NCBI RefSeq assembly: GCF_001194135.2
Contig: NC_068985.1
Location: 72,324,688-72,388,416 of the forward strand
Direction of reading: 5' to 3'
DNA from: Octopus bimaculoides
Lineage: Eukaryota
DNA: 63,729 nucleotides
Positions 36,288 to 48,490 of the stretch are shown in pieces; position 1 is the stretch's first letter, and every line of letters starts with the position of its first letter. Below the pieces are notes generated by a model. That model was not told where the DNA came from. It was given only the letters and a program-made list of their open reading frames with translations, and did no database searches. The translations under genes and the position numbers were made by a program.

Positions 36288-36473
36288 GTAATAAGAAATT
36301 GTCCTCTAACCGACACCACCACCATCACCACCACCACCACCATCAGACCGGACACCAACAGCCAAATCCCGAGCAGGAACCCCTCTTAGCACAGGAATTA
36401 TCAGCTCCACCACCTGGTGTAGAAACTGATGTATCTCGGTATACCCCAACTCACAATCCATATTCAACAGGTG
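36288..36473 (+). CDS. Robo: Roundabout (Robo) receptor, cytoplasmic-tail exon C (poly-His)
   Basis: catttcatttttgacag|gt acceptor and g|gtgagt donor; 186 nt, phase 1-1, in frame with exon B. Encodes NKKLSSNR-H10-QTGHQQPNPEQEPLLAQELSAPPPGVETDVSRYTPTHNPYSTG. Confidence 0.85.
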
Positions 36474-37875
36474 GTGAGTCATATTATTTGTAATATCTAC
36501 AGCACTGAATGTTTTTAAATATCATTTTTGTCTTTGCTTAGTGCCAATAAACAATGTCTACTGTGTTAAAAATAAAAAGTACATTTATATGGAAATCCTG
36601 AGAGGGCAGTATGTAGCTGTTAGCCTCAAATCAGCCATGAATCAACTACAGCCATAGCTTAGAGGTTGTCAACCAATCAACTAGATGCAATCCACAGATC
36701 CCATTACACCAGATATGCCATTTCACTGTTTGTCCTCAGGTAGCAACTGTTGTTTCCTATTTGCTTATCTTTGGAAAGTATGTAAAATGGCTAATATTTC
36801 CTTCAAACTTTGCTTTTGTTATGATATTTATTCAAACCCAAAAGAAACCCTCTCAACACGTGGCTATGGTGCTCCCCCATTACTCCTGCTCATCATCAGA
36901 GATGCACATATTGTTAGCCATTGAGGGATATATTCAAGTGCTTAAGGTCAAGCAACTGACAAGCAAATCTGTGGTACTGAGCATGATATTTGCTATAACA
37001 ATATTTCTGCTTCAGCAACTCAGTACTGAATCTGTCTGGAATGTAATGGAAAATAGGTCAGTTTTGAAACATTGATGTTCAGGTCAAAAAAGCAAAGTCT
37101 GAAAGGAATAGTGATCATTTCCTTTGATTTCTAGATTTAAGCAATTAGGAAATAACACTTACTGACCAAAGACAAAAAACTAGATAAATAAAAATTTTGT
37201 TACTCAGTATTGTCTGTCTAGATGAAGACCATACTTCATATTTTGTCATACAAAAGTTGTTATAGTTTAGTTCTAGGTTAGCTCTGATTGATTAGATCTA
37301 TGACCAAAGGTATACCAACCATGACCATCTCGTTTTTCCTATTCTTTTATACAATGAGCCCTGCATCACATTACCCAATGTGTTCATTCTATATATTTTT
37401 TTAAAGCTGGTTAAATGTGATTTGCAGTTGATTTGACAGCAACTGTAACAGGTCAAGTGACCACATAGAACATTTTCTTCTCCATCCAGTCTTTTTCTGT
37501 CTGTTGTTGTTAGTCCCAGGTCATCTTTAATGAAGCAAATCTGTGACCAATGACTATTCTTGCCATCTTCAGGGCAAACCCTTTATTCTACTTTTTAGCT
37601 GTCTGTACTCATTTTTACTCACTCTTTGCTGACAGACCATCTCTAGTTTTCCTCAGATCCTACTGTTACTCAATCAACTATATCCTTCCCTACAAACTTG
37701 AGGCATTTTGTGCAAGTCAGAAATACTTGTTACCACAGTTTTGTCCTCTGAATAAGGGATCTTTGTTATTTACTTGTATCATATATTGTGACAATAGCAT
37801 GCTTTCATTCCTCTCTCAGTATTTCTTCAATTTCATTATTTGGTAAAATATATTATTCTTCTTCTTGCTAATTAA

Positions 37876-37982
37876 CCTTTAGCACACTGTAGGTGCATCA
37901 TGTCACTATATGAGTTTTCTCCCCTGTAGTAACAGGCGGCGGCAAGGGAAACAATTCTAGAGAAAATGTAATGTGCTAAAGG
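37876..37982. mobile_element. Small piggyBac-type MITE
   Basis: Perfect 11-bp TIRs CCTTTAGCACA / TGTGCTAAAGG with TTAA on both sides (37872-75, 37983-86). Confidence 0.85.
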
Positions 37983-38812
37983 TTAATTACAGAATGTGAA
38001 GAAGACATTGCAAATGAGATGTTAACCATTTCATCTGACCTAAAAAAGATGTAAATAATTTAATAACAATATCATTCATAAAATCAGGATCTCGAATTTT
38101 GAGAAAGAGAACAGTAGATTATATCAGCCCCAGTACTTTAATGACACTTTGTTTAACCCTTTGGAATTCACATAACTCTGTCAACTGTAATGCTTACTTA
38201 TCCATATTGTTTCAAATTAATCATGCATTATCTCGAAGCTTCAAGATCTTGATGATGTGAATGTTTATATTTAGAATGACATTGCTGTGTACATAAAAGA
38301 GGCCATATCTGGCCAGTTTGAACATAAAACGGGTCAAATATATGGCCTGTTTAAATGCAAAAGGGTCAATAAACCCTATTACTTGGTACTTTATTATAAC
38401 TCCACTGGGGTAAAAGGAAAAATTGACTTCAACAGGATTTGAACTCAAAATGTAGAAAGCCTAAGTAAATACCACAAAGCATTTTGTTTGATACTTTAAT
38501 GATTCTGATGAACCACTGCTCTTAAATATATTAAAACAAAAATGTCAACTACTTATGGCTTCGTTCCATTTCCCTAAAACGAATGATTACTTATTTTATA
38601 TCACTTTTTGCAAACAGTAATGTTGATTGTTGATTTCCAATGGCATGATCATTGCTTCACTACATTTACAATGTCAGGAGTGACAAGGACATGTTCAGGT
38701 AACCGAAATGGAACTGATATGACATATGAATCTTTGAAAAGATCCAGTTAATAGTTATTTTTTAATAACTGTATGTTGTTGTAAAGTATATACATTCATG
38801 CATGTGTGTCCA

Positions 38813-39018
38813 TCATCATCATCATCATCGTTTAACGTCCTCCACCTTCCATGCTAGCATGGGTTGGACGATTTGACTGAGGACTGGTGAAACCGGATGG
38901 CAACACCAGGCTCCAATCTAATTTGGCAGAGTTTCTACAGCTGGATGCCCTTCCTAACGCCAACCACTCAGAGAGTGTAGTGGGTGCTTTTACGTGTCAC
39001 CCGCACAAAAACGGCCAC
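38813..39018 (-). mobile_element. SINE-like family C, antisense copy nearly identical to 7995-8200
   Basis: About 190 bp are almost base-for-base the reverse complement of 8000-8190, including the tail variant ggaaggtggaggacg that the 25865 copy lacks. Confidence 0.9.
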
Positions 39019-39747
39019 GCTATATATATATATATACACACAGACATATATATATAATTCATATATAAATATATATATATATANNNNNNNNNNNNNNNNN
39101 NNNNNNNNNNNNNNNNNNNNNNNNNNNNNNNNNNNNNNNNNNNNNNNNNNNNNNNNNNNNNNNNNNNNNNNNNNNNNNNNNNNNNNNNNNNNNNNNNNNN
39201 NNNNNNNNNNNNNNNNNNNNNNNNNNNNNNNNNNNNNNNNNNNNNNNNNNNNNNNNNNNNNNNNNNNNNNNNNNNNNNNNNNNNNNNNNNNNNNNNNNNN
39301 NNNNNNNNNNNNNNNNNNNNNNNNNNNNNNNNNNNNNNNNNNNNNNNNNNNNNNNNNNNNNNNATATATATACATATATATAAGCCCGGTTTCACCCAGT
39401 CAGTTTGGATGATGTGGCTGTAAAACCTGCTCTGTGTAAGCATTCGACTTGTTTGGGTACGATTACATTAAAAATCAATTTTAGAATGACTTTTTCCTGT
39501 CAAAACGCTAAAAATAACTGACCAACAAAAAAAAAACCAACCAAGATTCAACCAAATCACAAAATAAATCCAAATACTATGCGAACAAAGGTGAACCATC
39601 CCACGTGCAAAAGAGACCGATAGAACAAGTAATAGGCTTACATGAATAAGTCCTGGGGTTGATTTGCTTAACTAAAGGCGGTGCTCTAGCATGGCTGCAG
39701 TCAAATGACTGAAACAATTAAAAGAATATATATATATAATTTATATT

Positions 39748-40133
39748 GGTTGGTTGGCACTCCGTCGGTTATGACGATGAGGGTTCTAGTTGATCTAATC
39801 AACGGAACAGTCTGCTCGTGAAATTAATGTGCAAGTGGCTGAGCACTCCACAGACACGTGTACCCTTAACGTAGTTCTCGGGGAAATTCAGCGTGACAGA
39901 GTTTGACAAGGCTGGCCCTTTAAAATACAGGTACAACAGAAATAGGAAGAAAGAGTGAGAGAAAGTTGTGGTGAAAGAGTACAGCAGGATTCACCACCAT
40001 CTCCTGCTAGAGCCTCATGGATCTTTAAGTGTTTTCACTCTGTAAACACTCACAATGCCCAGTCTGGGAATCGAAACCGCGATCCTCCAACCGCGAGTCC
40101 GCTGCCCTAACCACTGGGCCATTGCACCTCCAC
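39748..40133 (-). mobile_element. tRNA-derived SINE family D, full length; older sense copy at 41150-41480
   Basis: Minus-strand head has A-box TGGCCCAGTGG (40121-40111) and B-box GGTTTCGATTCCC (40078-40066). CpGs are retained, suggesting a young copy. The 3' half is shared with 41290-41480 in opposite orientation. Confidence 0.85.
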
Positions 40134-41105
40134 ATAATTTATATATATATATATATATGTATATATAATTTATATACATATGATTTATGTGTATATATAT
40201 ATATATATATCATCATCATCATTTAACAGCCTTTTCCCAAGCTGGCATGGATTTCATGCTTCGACAGGAACTCATAAGACCCATCCATCTGTCCATCCTC
40301 TTTACTCATTCTTCTTTGGGTCATTGGGGTTGAGTTTTCAGGCACTTTCTGATAGGACCATATAGATGTAGTCCTATCAGAAAGCAGCCATCATTAGTCT
40401 TTCTATCTGAATTCTCAAGCATAAACAATGGAGACTGTGGATGTTATTCAACCATCTCGTTCTTTGTCTCTCTCTCTAGGTCTTCTGCCGATTGGCTCAG
40501 CTTGGAATATGTCTTGCAGTTCTTTCCTATGACATTCTAATCTATAGAGCACAGAAGTTATATGAGAGTTTCTCTTATGGTAACCACTACAGTATAGTTT
40601 GTTCTAACAGAGCATCCATGTTTAAGTGGAGATATATACTTTATTAAAATAAACCAACTGGTTTTGCATTTTTTGTTGAACAATTTGTTTCACCTTCAAC
40701 CTACTTGTAAGTATAGTTACAAAAATGTTGCCAAAAACAAGCAGAAAAAAGCCAGGGATAGCTACTGCATTAGACATTTTTTATTGTACATGACATAGAA
40801 ATTAGTAATTGGACCCATAGATTCCTGTCAAAACAGCCCAACCCATACTAAAATGGAACAAAGGCATTAAATAATGATGATGATGCCATCATAGTAGTAG
40901 TAGTAGTATCAAGTAGTTTATTACTGGTCAAATGTTATCAGTTTTACACTGACTCTTGCACTTGGCAATATTGGTGATTCTTCATCCAGTAACATGTTAT
41001 TGCTATAACCAGTAATATACTGCTCCACAGTATATAAAAATATGTCTGCTATATTTCTCATACAGAATGTGCTTATTTTCTGATTTACAGACAACTAGCT
41101 TATGT

Positions 41106-41138
<33 letters not shown>

Positions 41139-42330
41139 TGCATGCATGCATGGGTGAAGGCACATGGCTTAGTTGTTAGTGTTCAGCTCATAATCATGAG
41201 GTCTTGAGTTCCGATTCCAAGCAGTTTGTTGTGTCCTTGAGCAAGACACTTTATTTCACGTTGCTTCAGTCCATTCAGCTGGCAAAATTAAGTCACACTT
41301 GTATTTCAAAGGGTCAGTCTTTTCACATTATGTGTCATGCTGAATTACCCTACGAACTACAATAAGGATATGTGTGTCTATGGAACGCTCAGCCACTTGT
41401 GTATTAATTTCACAAGTGGGCTTTTCTGTTGATCAGATCAACTGGAACCCATATCATCATAACCAACAGAGTGCCAGTTGTAGGTAGGTAGATAGATAGA
41501 TAGATAGATAGTGAGATAGATAGTGAGTGTATGAGTGGGAGAAAGAAAGAGTGTAACAACTGTGTACAGGACAAAAACAATTTAGCGTAGTAAGCAAACT
41601 ATACATAGTATGCCAGTTGTATTTTTTCTGAATGAGTCCCACACATCTAATTAATGAAATTAGGATGTTGTTTAACTAAAAGTAATATAAATACGGACAG
41701 CAATTTTAACAGATTTATTTGCAGTTGTAATTCTTTTTATTTCTGTTTTGGTTGTTTCTAAATTCATTACTTAAATTGAATAATTAAATATCAATTAGAT
41801 AATATTATTTTATATGAACTTTCTATTAGTTTGCTGAGTTTTTAAAATTTTATTTTAATTAAAATAAATGTCATTAGTTAATAAAAAAAATTTTGAGAAA
41901 TAATTTAATTGAAATATTTAAAGTTGGTTTATTTCTCCTTTACATCTGATGGAAAAGTTGTGGGGACCAGGGTTAGGATCTGTGTGGGTTCATGGAGAAA
42001 GGGGAAAGTGTGACAGTTAAAAATCTTGTGGAGCAGATTTCTTGTCATAAATACAATCACAAACTCCATAATTTTTCATGTCTGTATTTTCCATGACAGC
42101 AAGAGTTGCATTAGATTTCTTGCAGTAATATTCTAATATTCTATAACCAGATGCTCTTCCCGAAGCTGACTTTTACATTGTTTTTTTAAGTAAGGCAATA
42201 TAATTCACTGGTCTTCACACATCAATCACCCAACCTGTAGGTCATGTTATTTATGTGAGGTACAAACAGACATCATTGCTGTGCGAACAGTATCAATACC
42301 AAGACACCTGGAAACACACACACAGACGCA

Positions 42331-42389
<59 letters not shown>

Positions 42390-42890
42390 ACACACTTTCT
42401 CTTACTCTCACATACACACACACACACACACATACATACAGTGGCTTCTCTAGAATTTCAAGACTTGCAATTTCAATCACCTGAAATCATGTGATTGCTA
42501 AGCAAACTTTTTAATTACATAGTCATGCCCACTCCTGTGTCTATATATGTATGTATATATTGTCTCTACTCCCTACTCATGCACATTTGGCATTATCTAA
42601 CCGTTTATATTTTGACACCACCTCCCCCGCCCCCCATACACTGAGGGTAAGCCCTGGCATTTCCCCAAAATCTATCATTCTCTTGCTCTCACTTTCTGTC
42701 GCTCATTTGCTCAACTCTTCCATCCCTTTTATATTCTGATTTTCCTTCCTTGTGAGTATGTCCTAGCACTTCGTCACCATCTCTCTCCTGTACTGTCTTG
42801 CACTTTCGTTCTCTTCTACTCTCTCTTTTTCTTGCTCTCTCTCCCTTTGACTGGGTAACCATGTATCTCTTCTACAGGAACATACCTGTT

Positions 42891-42922
<32 letters not shown>

Positions 42923-44270
42923 ATCAGATAACCATGTATCTCCTCTACAGCAACACACCTGTTTCTATGTCTCTCTCTGTCACACCCTAATCTTTCATCA
43001 TCTAACATAAGATCCCTTCTTATAATTCCCTCTATCCTCTCAAAGGATCTTTGTCTTGCAAGTTACTTGGTGACCCCACCAGTGCTGGTGCCATGTAAAA
43101 AGCACTCAGTCCACTCTACAGGGTGGTTGGTATTAGGAAGGGTATCCAGCCATAAACAGACACTGAAGCCGTCTTCTACCTAGCCACCACCTGTCAAACC
43201 ATCCAACCCATGCCAGCATGGAAAGCAGACATTATATGATGATGATGTGTATGTGTGTGTTTGTTTGTTTGTGTGTATGTATTTATGTATTTAATCGTTT
43301 TAAGGAAAGTATACACTCCACAGGTCAGGAAATCCATCTGCTGCCAACACTTGCTCCATCATAGTTTCAGAATGCCATTGTTTATGATGTGTAAGCAGAT
43401 ACCTGTAGAAATTTCTGGCCCTCTGAAACAATGATGACAACAACAAAAACAAAAAGGGAACTTGTTTCAATGCTCTTCATGTGACATGTCTTTCTGACAT
43501 CTCTGCAAGACTAGATTGAATAATCTTTTCTGAAGAACTTTCGAGTCAGTGACCATGGATCTAAAGATCCTCAGCATAACTGTTCAAAACAAGCTCTGTT
43601 AGCATGGAAGTACCAACAATTGAACTTATCCAAGATGCATGCAGGTCATCAAAACTGTCCTGTATGCTATTGTTTAGTGTCTATGCATTACCAATTTGTT
43701 GGTTTATATTAAACAGCTTCTGCTACACGTAGGATGAATCTAGTCATCAAACAAGTCTCTAGTGAGAATTGACATACTAACCTTCATCTGGCAGGGGAGC
43801 TTGGTTCACCTTCCTCTCTTTAGTGGCTATGGCAAAAGAAGTGGTGTGGGGGACTTATCTGAATGGCATGAAGGACAGATATTTTCCTCTCGGCCCAAAT
43901 TCTCATCAACTTCTTATCATATAAAGAGAGGGTTGGTAGAGACAGAGGTGCTGCCTTCTAGTGTCTTGAACAAAGTATGAGTGGTGAGATTGGCAAGGCT
44001 GACTGAGCCTACCTTGAGTATGCTTTTGTAAGTAGAAGATAGGAAATAGGGAGAAGGCACTTTTGATGCCTTATTTGTGATGAAGTAACCTGGGTTTTTC
44101 CATTTTAGAATTATCCAAGATGGATTTTTCTTGTGATCCTTTATTGTTAAACTTTTTCTTGAAATATTTTCTTTCACACTATGTAAGCCCCATTTTTTTC
44201 GTGTATTTGATTTTTATTTTTGTCTTGTTCTCAATGTCTTGGGGCCTTGTGGCTAATAAAAGAAATTATT

Positions 44271-46430
44271 GGCAGAATCACTAGAGCATCAGACAAAATG
44301 CTTAGTAGCATTTCTTCCAACTCTTTACATTCTACTCTCAAATCCTTCCAAGATCAACTTTGCCTTTCATCCCTTAAGTAGATAAAATAAGTATTGGTTG
44401 AACACTGGGGTCAATATAATTATCTTGCCCCTTGCACTAAAATTGCCGTCTTACACCAAGATTTGAAACTGTTATCGTTATTAAGGTGACAAACTAGCAG
44501 GATCATTAGCACACCAGGTAAAATGCTTTACAGCATTTCATCCATTTTTACATTCTGAGTTCAAATTCTGCTGAAGTAAACTTCACCTTTCATCCTTTCA
44601 GGGTTGATAAAATGAGTACCAATCAAGTATTAGCTTGATGAAATCAACTGGCTCCCTTCTTGAAAATTTCAGGCCTTGTATTTATTGTAGAAAGAATTAT
44701 TATTATTATTATCATTGCAAGTTGGCAGAATCATTAGCACACCAAGCAAAATGCTCGGTGGCATTTTGTTCTTCTTTATGTTCTGGGTTCAAATTCTGCC
44801 AAGGTTGGCTTTGACTTTCTTTTGGGGTCAATGAAATAATTACTGGTCAAGCACTGGGGTCAATGTAATTGATTTGCCCCCTCTCTTGAAATCACTGGCC
44901 TTGTGCCAAAATGTGAAACCGTTATTGTAATTGTTATATAAAAACAAAATCAAAAGAAAGAAGTATTATTATTGTTATTATTGTTGAGGGCAATGAATTG
45001 GAAGAATTGTTAAAGCTTCAGAAAAACTACTTTGCTGTATTTCTTCCAGCAGTTTATGTTGTGAGTTCAAATCCTACTGAGGTCAACTTTTCCTTTCATT
45101 CTTTCAGGATCAATAAAATAATTTACAATGGTATCAACTAATCCCCTTCTCTCAAATGTAGAGTGTCTTTATTCACATTATTTTCAATTAATTATGCATT
45201 ATCTTGTAGCTTTGAGATTTTGATAATGTGATTGTTTACTTTTAGAATGACATTGTATGTTAGGTGGGACTTGCCGGATCTGGTCAGTTTGAACATAAAG
45301 CAGGTGGAATATTTGGGCCAAATATGACCAGTTTAAATTCTAAATTAGAAAGATGAGTATGAGTGGTGAGATTAGCAAGGCTGACTAGGCCTACCTTGAA
45401 AGAATACTTAGTAGTATTTATTTCAAATCTTAAACATTATGAGTTTAAATTCCACCAGAGTCAACGTTGTACTTTTTAGGGTTTGACAAAATAAAGCACT
45501 GGTCAAGTACTGGAATCAGTGGCATCAATTTAGCTCCTTCTCTAAAAAATTGGTGGCCTTGTACCCAAGTCAGAAGCCATAATTAATATTTTAGATGTTC
45601 CTAAGGTGGTAATCTGGCTGAATCATTAGTATACCAGACAAAATATTTAATGGTGTTTCATCCATCCTTATATTCTGAGTTGAAATTCCACTGAGGTCGA
45701 TTTTGTCTGTCATCCTTTTGGGGTTGATAAAATAAATACCAGTTGAGTACTGGGGTTGATATAATCAACTTATTCCCTCCCACAAAAGTTGCTGGTCTTA
45801 TGCCAAAATTTGAAACCAATACTTTTGATGTTTCTCTTGTTCTTGTTATTGTTTTTATAAAGGGCAGTGTAGGTTGGTGGATTGGCAGAACCATAGAGCA
45901 CCAAAGACGATGCCTGGCACCAGTTGTTCTGGCTCTTTACATTCTGAGTTAAAATCATTTTTAAGATCATCTTTACCTTTCATCCTTTCGGGGTCAATAA
46001 AACAAAATATCAGTCACATACTGAGGTCAACATAATCAACTAACCCTTCCCATGCAAATTTCTGGCATTGTGTCAGTATTATAAAAAATTATTATTATGG
46101 ATACTTTGTAGGGAGTAGACTGGCAGAATTGTTATGACATAAAAAAACATGTCTTGTGGTATTTTTCCAGCCCTTTCCATTCTGAGTATAAATCTTGTTA
46201 AGGCTATCTTTGCCTTTCATCTTTTCAGGGTCAATAAAATAAAGCATAAAGTATAGTCAATGTAATTGATTATAACAATCCCACCCAACCACCATATTTG
46301 GTACCTTATGCCCATGTAAGAAAGCCTTATTATTATTATTTCATATTAATGCAGAAGAGTGTCAGACATACATTATTTAGCTTTGGCTTTCTTGTCTAGG
46401 AATTTAATTCCTGCCAAGGTTAACTTTGAT
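44271..46430 (+). mobile_element. Head-to-tail array of about 9 family B SINE copies with one nested MITE
   Basis: Copies start near 44271, 44483, 44718, 44987, 45400, 45603, 45875, 46110, 46355, separated by short (ATT)n-like spacers. MITE E lies at 45165-45345. Confidence 0.85.
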
Positions 46431-46785
46431 CCCCCCATCCCCTTCTCCCAACAGACTCCTATAAGGCACCAATAATGAACTGGAATTTATTTATTCAAGT
46501 AATTTATATCCATTTTCTATGCAAATTTCTGTCAATTTGAGGAAACATTAATTAATGAGATTTGTAAGAAATTAACATTTAATGCCTCATTATTTTACAT
46601 GATCATCACATTCAGTTATTTCATTATGATTTCATTATTGATTTATTATTATTATTTCTATTATTATTATTTATAAACTTTATTATTGGTTTGTTTTTAA
46701 GATTTTATTCTTTTCAATTATTGTTACAGTTATTTTTATTATTTTCTTCTTTCTTTTTTTTTTCTATTCTCCCCTCCTCTTTCAG

Positions 46786-47075
46786 TTGCAGACCTCCCCG
46801 CTTGTAACAAACCTACCTACCCCACTCCTTCCAATCCAAACACCAACACTACCACCAACACCAGCCCCCACGGAAAAGGTCACTCTACAACTCCATCGTC
46901 CATCACTTCAGAGAAAGCTAAGACAACAGCTGCAACTGAAGCTGCAGATGTTGATGCTGCTGTAGTTGATTGTAGCGTATCATCAATGGGGTCAACCATA
47001 CCCAATATTCGAGGTGGCAATGACAATGATGCTACTCAGACATCAGAGATAAACTGCTTCAATTCAAAGCACACT
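46786..47075 (+). CDS. Robo: Roundabout (Robo) receptor, cytoplasmic-tail exon D
   Basis: Polypyrimidine tract of about 45 nt plus cag|tt, and act|gtgagt donor; 290 nt open frame, phase 1-0. Encodes ADLPACNKPTYPTPSNPNTN...RGGNDNDATQTSEINCFNSKHT. Assigned by splice phase and continuity, not by a recognised motif. Confidence 0.8.
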
Positions 47076-47313
47076 GTGAGTATATTGCCTCTTGAAAACT
47101 GAGCGGAAAGCCCCATTCATTCACTGGTCCATTCAACCTATCCCCTCTCGTATTCTGTATCTCACATCACTCTATCTTGCTTCATTCTTTGCACTCATGG
47201 CTGTGACTCTCTTGACACCATTGCCTTTTTGTGCGTTATTCTCACTCAAGCTGTCTTTGTACACTTTACTTCTCTTGCACATGTCGCTAGCTACAAAAAA
47301 CGCCTTTATACAG

Positions 47314-47366
<53 letters not shown>

Positions 47367-48371
47367 CATCATTATTATTATTATTATTGTTACTACTACT
47401 GCCACTAATACTGATCCCAGAAGATTAAATGGCAAGCTCTATTGTAAGTAGGATTTAAGCTCAGAGCATATAGGGATATAACTTGGAAATTGTCTTGCAG
47501 TATTTAGTTGTGTTCCTATATTTTCTGAGATCAAACCTTGCTGAACTCAACTTTGCCAGTCAACCTTCTAGGTTCAATGAAATTAGTACCAATAATAGAC
47601 TGATATTCAATAAATCAGCTATCCCATCTCACAAAATTTGTGGCATTATGCTTAATTTTTAAATCATTTTTTTTTATTATATGTCTGTATCTATTTGTAT
47701 GTATGTGTATGCAAGTATGTATTTATTAAATGCAAGTAAAACGCCAGAAAAGTTATTGCTTACTCTGTGTATAGATGCTGCTTCTTTTTTATAAATGAGA
47801 GAACTTTGTTGAGTACCAGACACCTGTATCCTTGTTAGTAATTCTTTCAAATATAATGAACACTTCCGTAAACACAAATTGACCTAAGGTTAACCAATAG
47901 CATGGACAATATAACCAAACAGAGAACTGAATTTTATTTCAAAGGTTTACTAAAATAAATAAGTCGATGAAGCGTTACACACATCCATTTTCAAAAAGAA
48001 CAAACTGAGCTTCTACAGATATGTTTAGTTTAAACTGAGAATAGTTTAATCTATTCTTCGTTTAAATTTTCTTCCATAGCCCTCTGCATACCACTTTAAA
48101 ATAGCGCCCATGTGAATCAGAAACGCTAATTCTTTAGACAGTATGCTTACATCAGGAATGAGCTGTCTTTGACCTGCTCGATTCTTGGTCTGATGTGTTA
48201 CTAGAGGTCTATCGGCAAAAGCAAAACGGACGTTAGCTATGCTTTCAATTATAGCTTAAAAGTAATTATTTTCTGAGATTTAAAAAAATTAAAGGGTCAT
48301 TATAATTACTGATTCCGCCGAAGTTGGTATTGACATATGAAGAGTGAGCTTAGAACATGCAGACACCAAAC

Positions 48372-48490
48372 AAAAAACATAACCTCCTTCCTTGGCGGAG
48401 GTAATGAAAATAAATTCTAAGAAAAAAAAAAAAATTATGTATTCAAGGGAAATAACTCATAATCGAAGTTTTTATTGAGTTATTTCCCTT
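48372..48490. mobile_element. Possible Helentron/HINE-type terminus with 15-bp inverted repeat
   Basis: aaaacataacctcc..ttggcggaggtaat resembles non-autonomous Helentron ends as I recall them. It is followed by the perfect IR aagggaaataactca (48445-59) / tgagttatttccctt (48476-90). Confidence 0.4.

Noticed and set aside
37930-37967. Possible exon (VTGGGKGNNSREN) with cccctgtag acceptor and GTAATG donor
   Set aside because: It lies wholly inside a 107-bp MITE and ends in phase 0, incompatible with exon D.
40061-40133. tRNA gene-like sequence
   Set aside because: A and B boxes are present but there is no proper acceptor or anticodon stem, and it continues into a repeat body; this is a SINE head.
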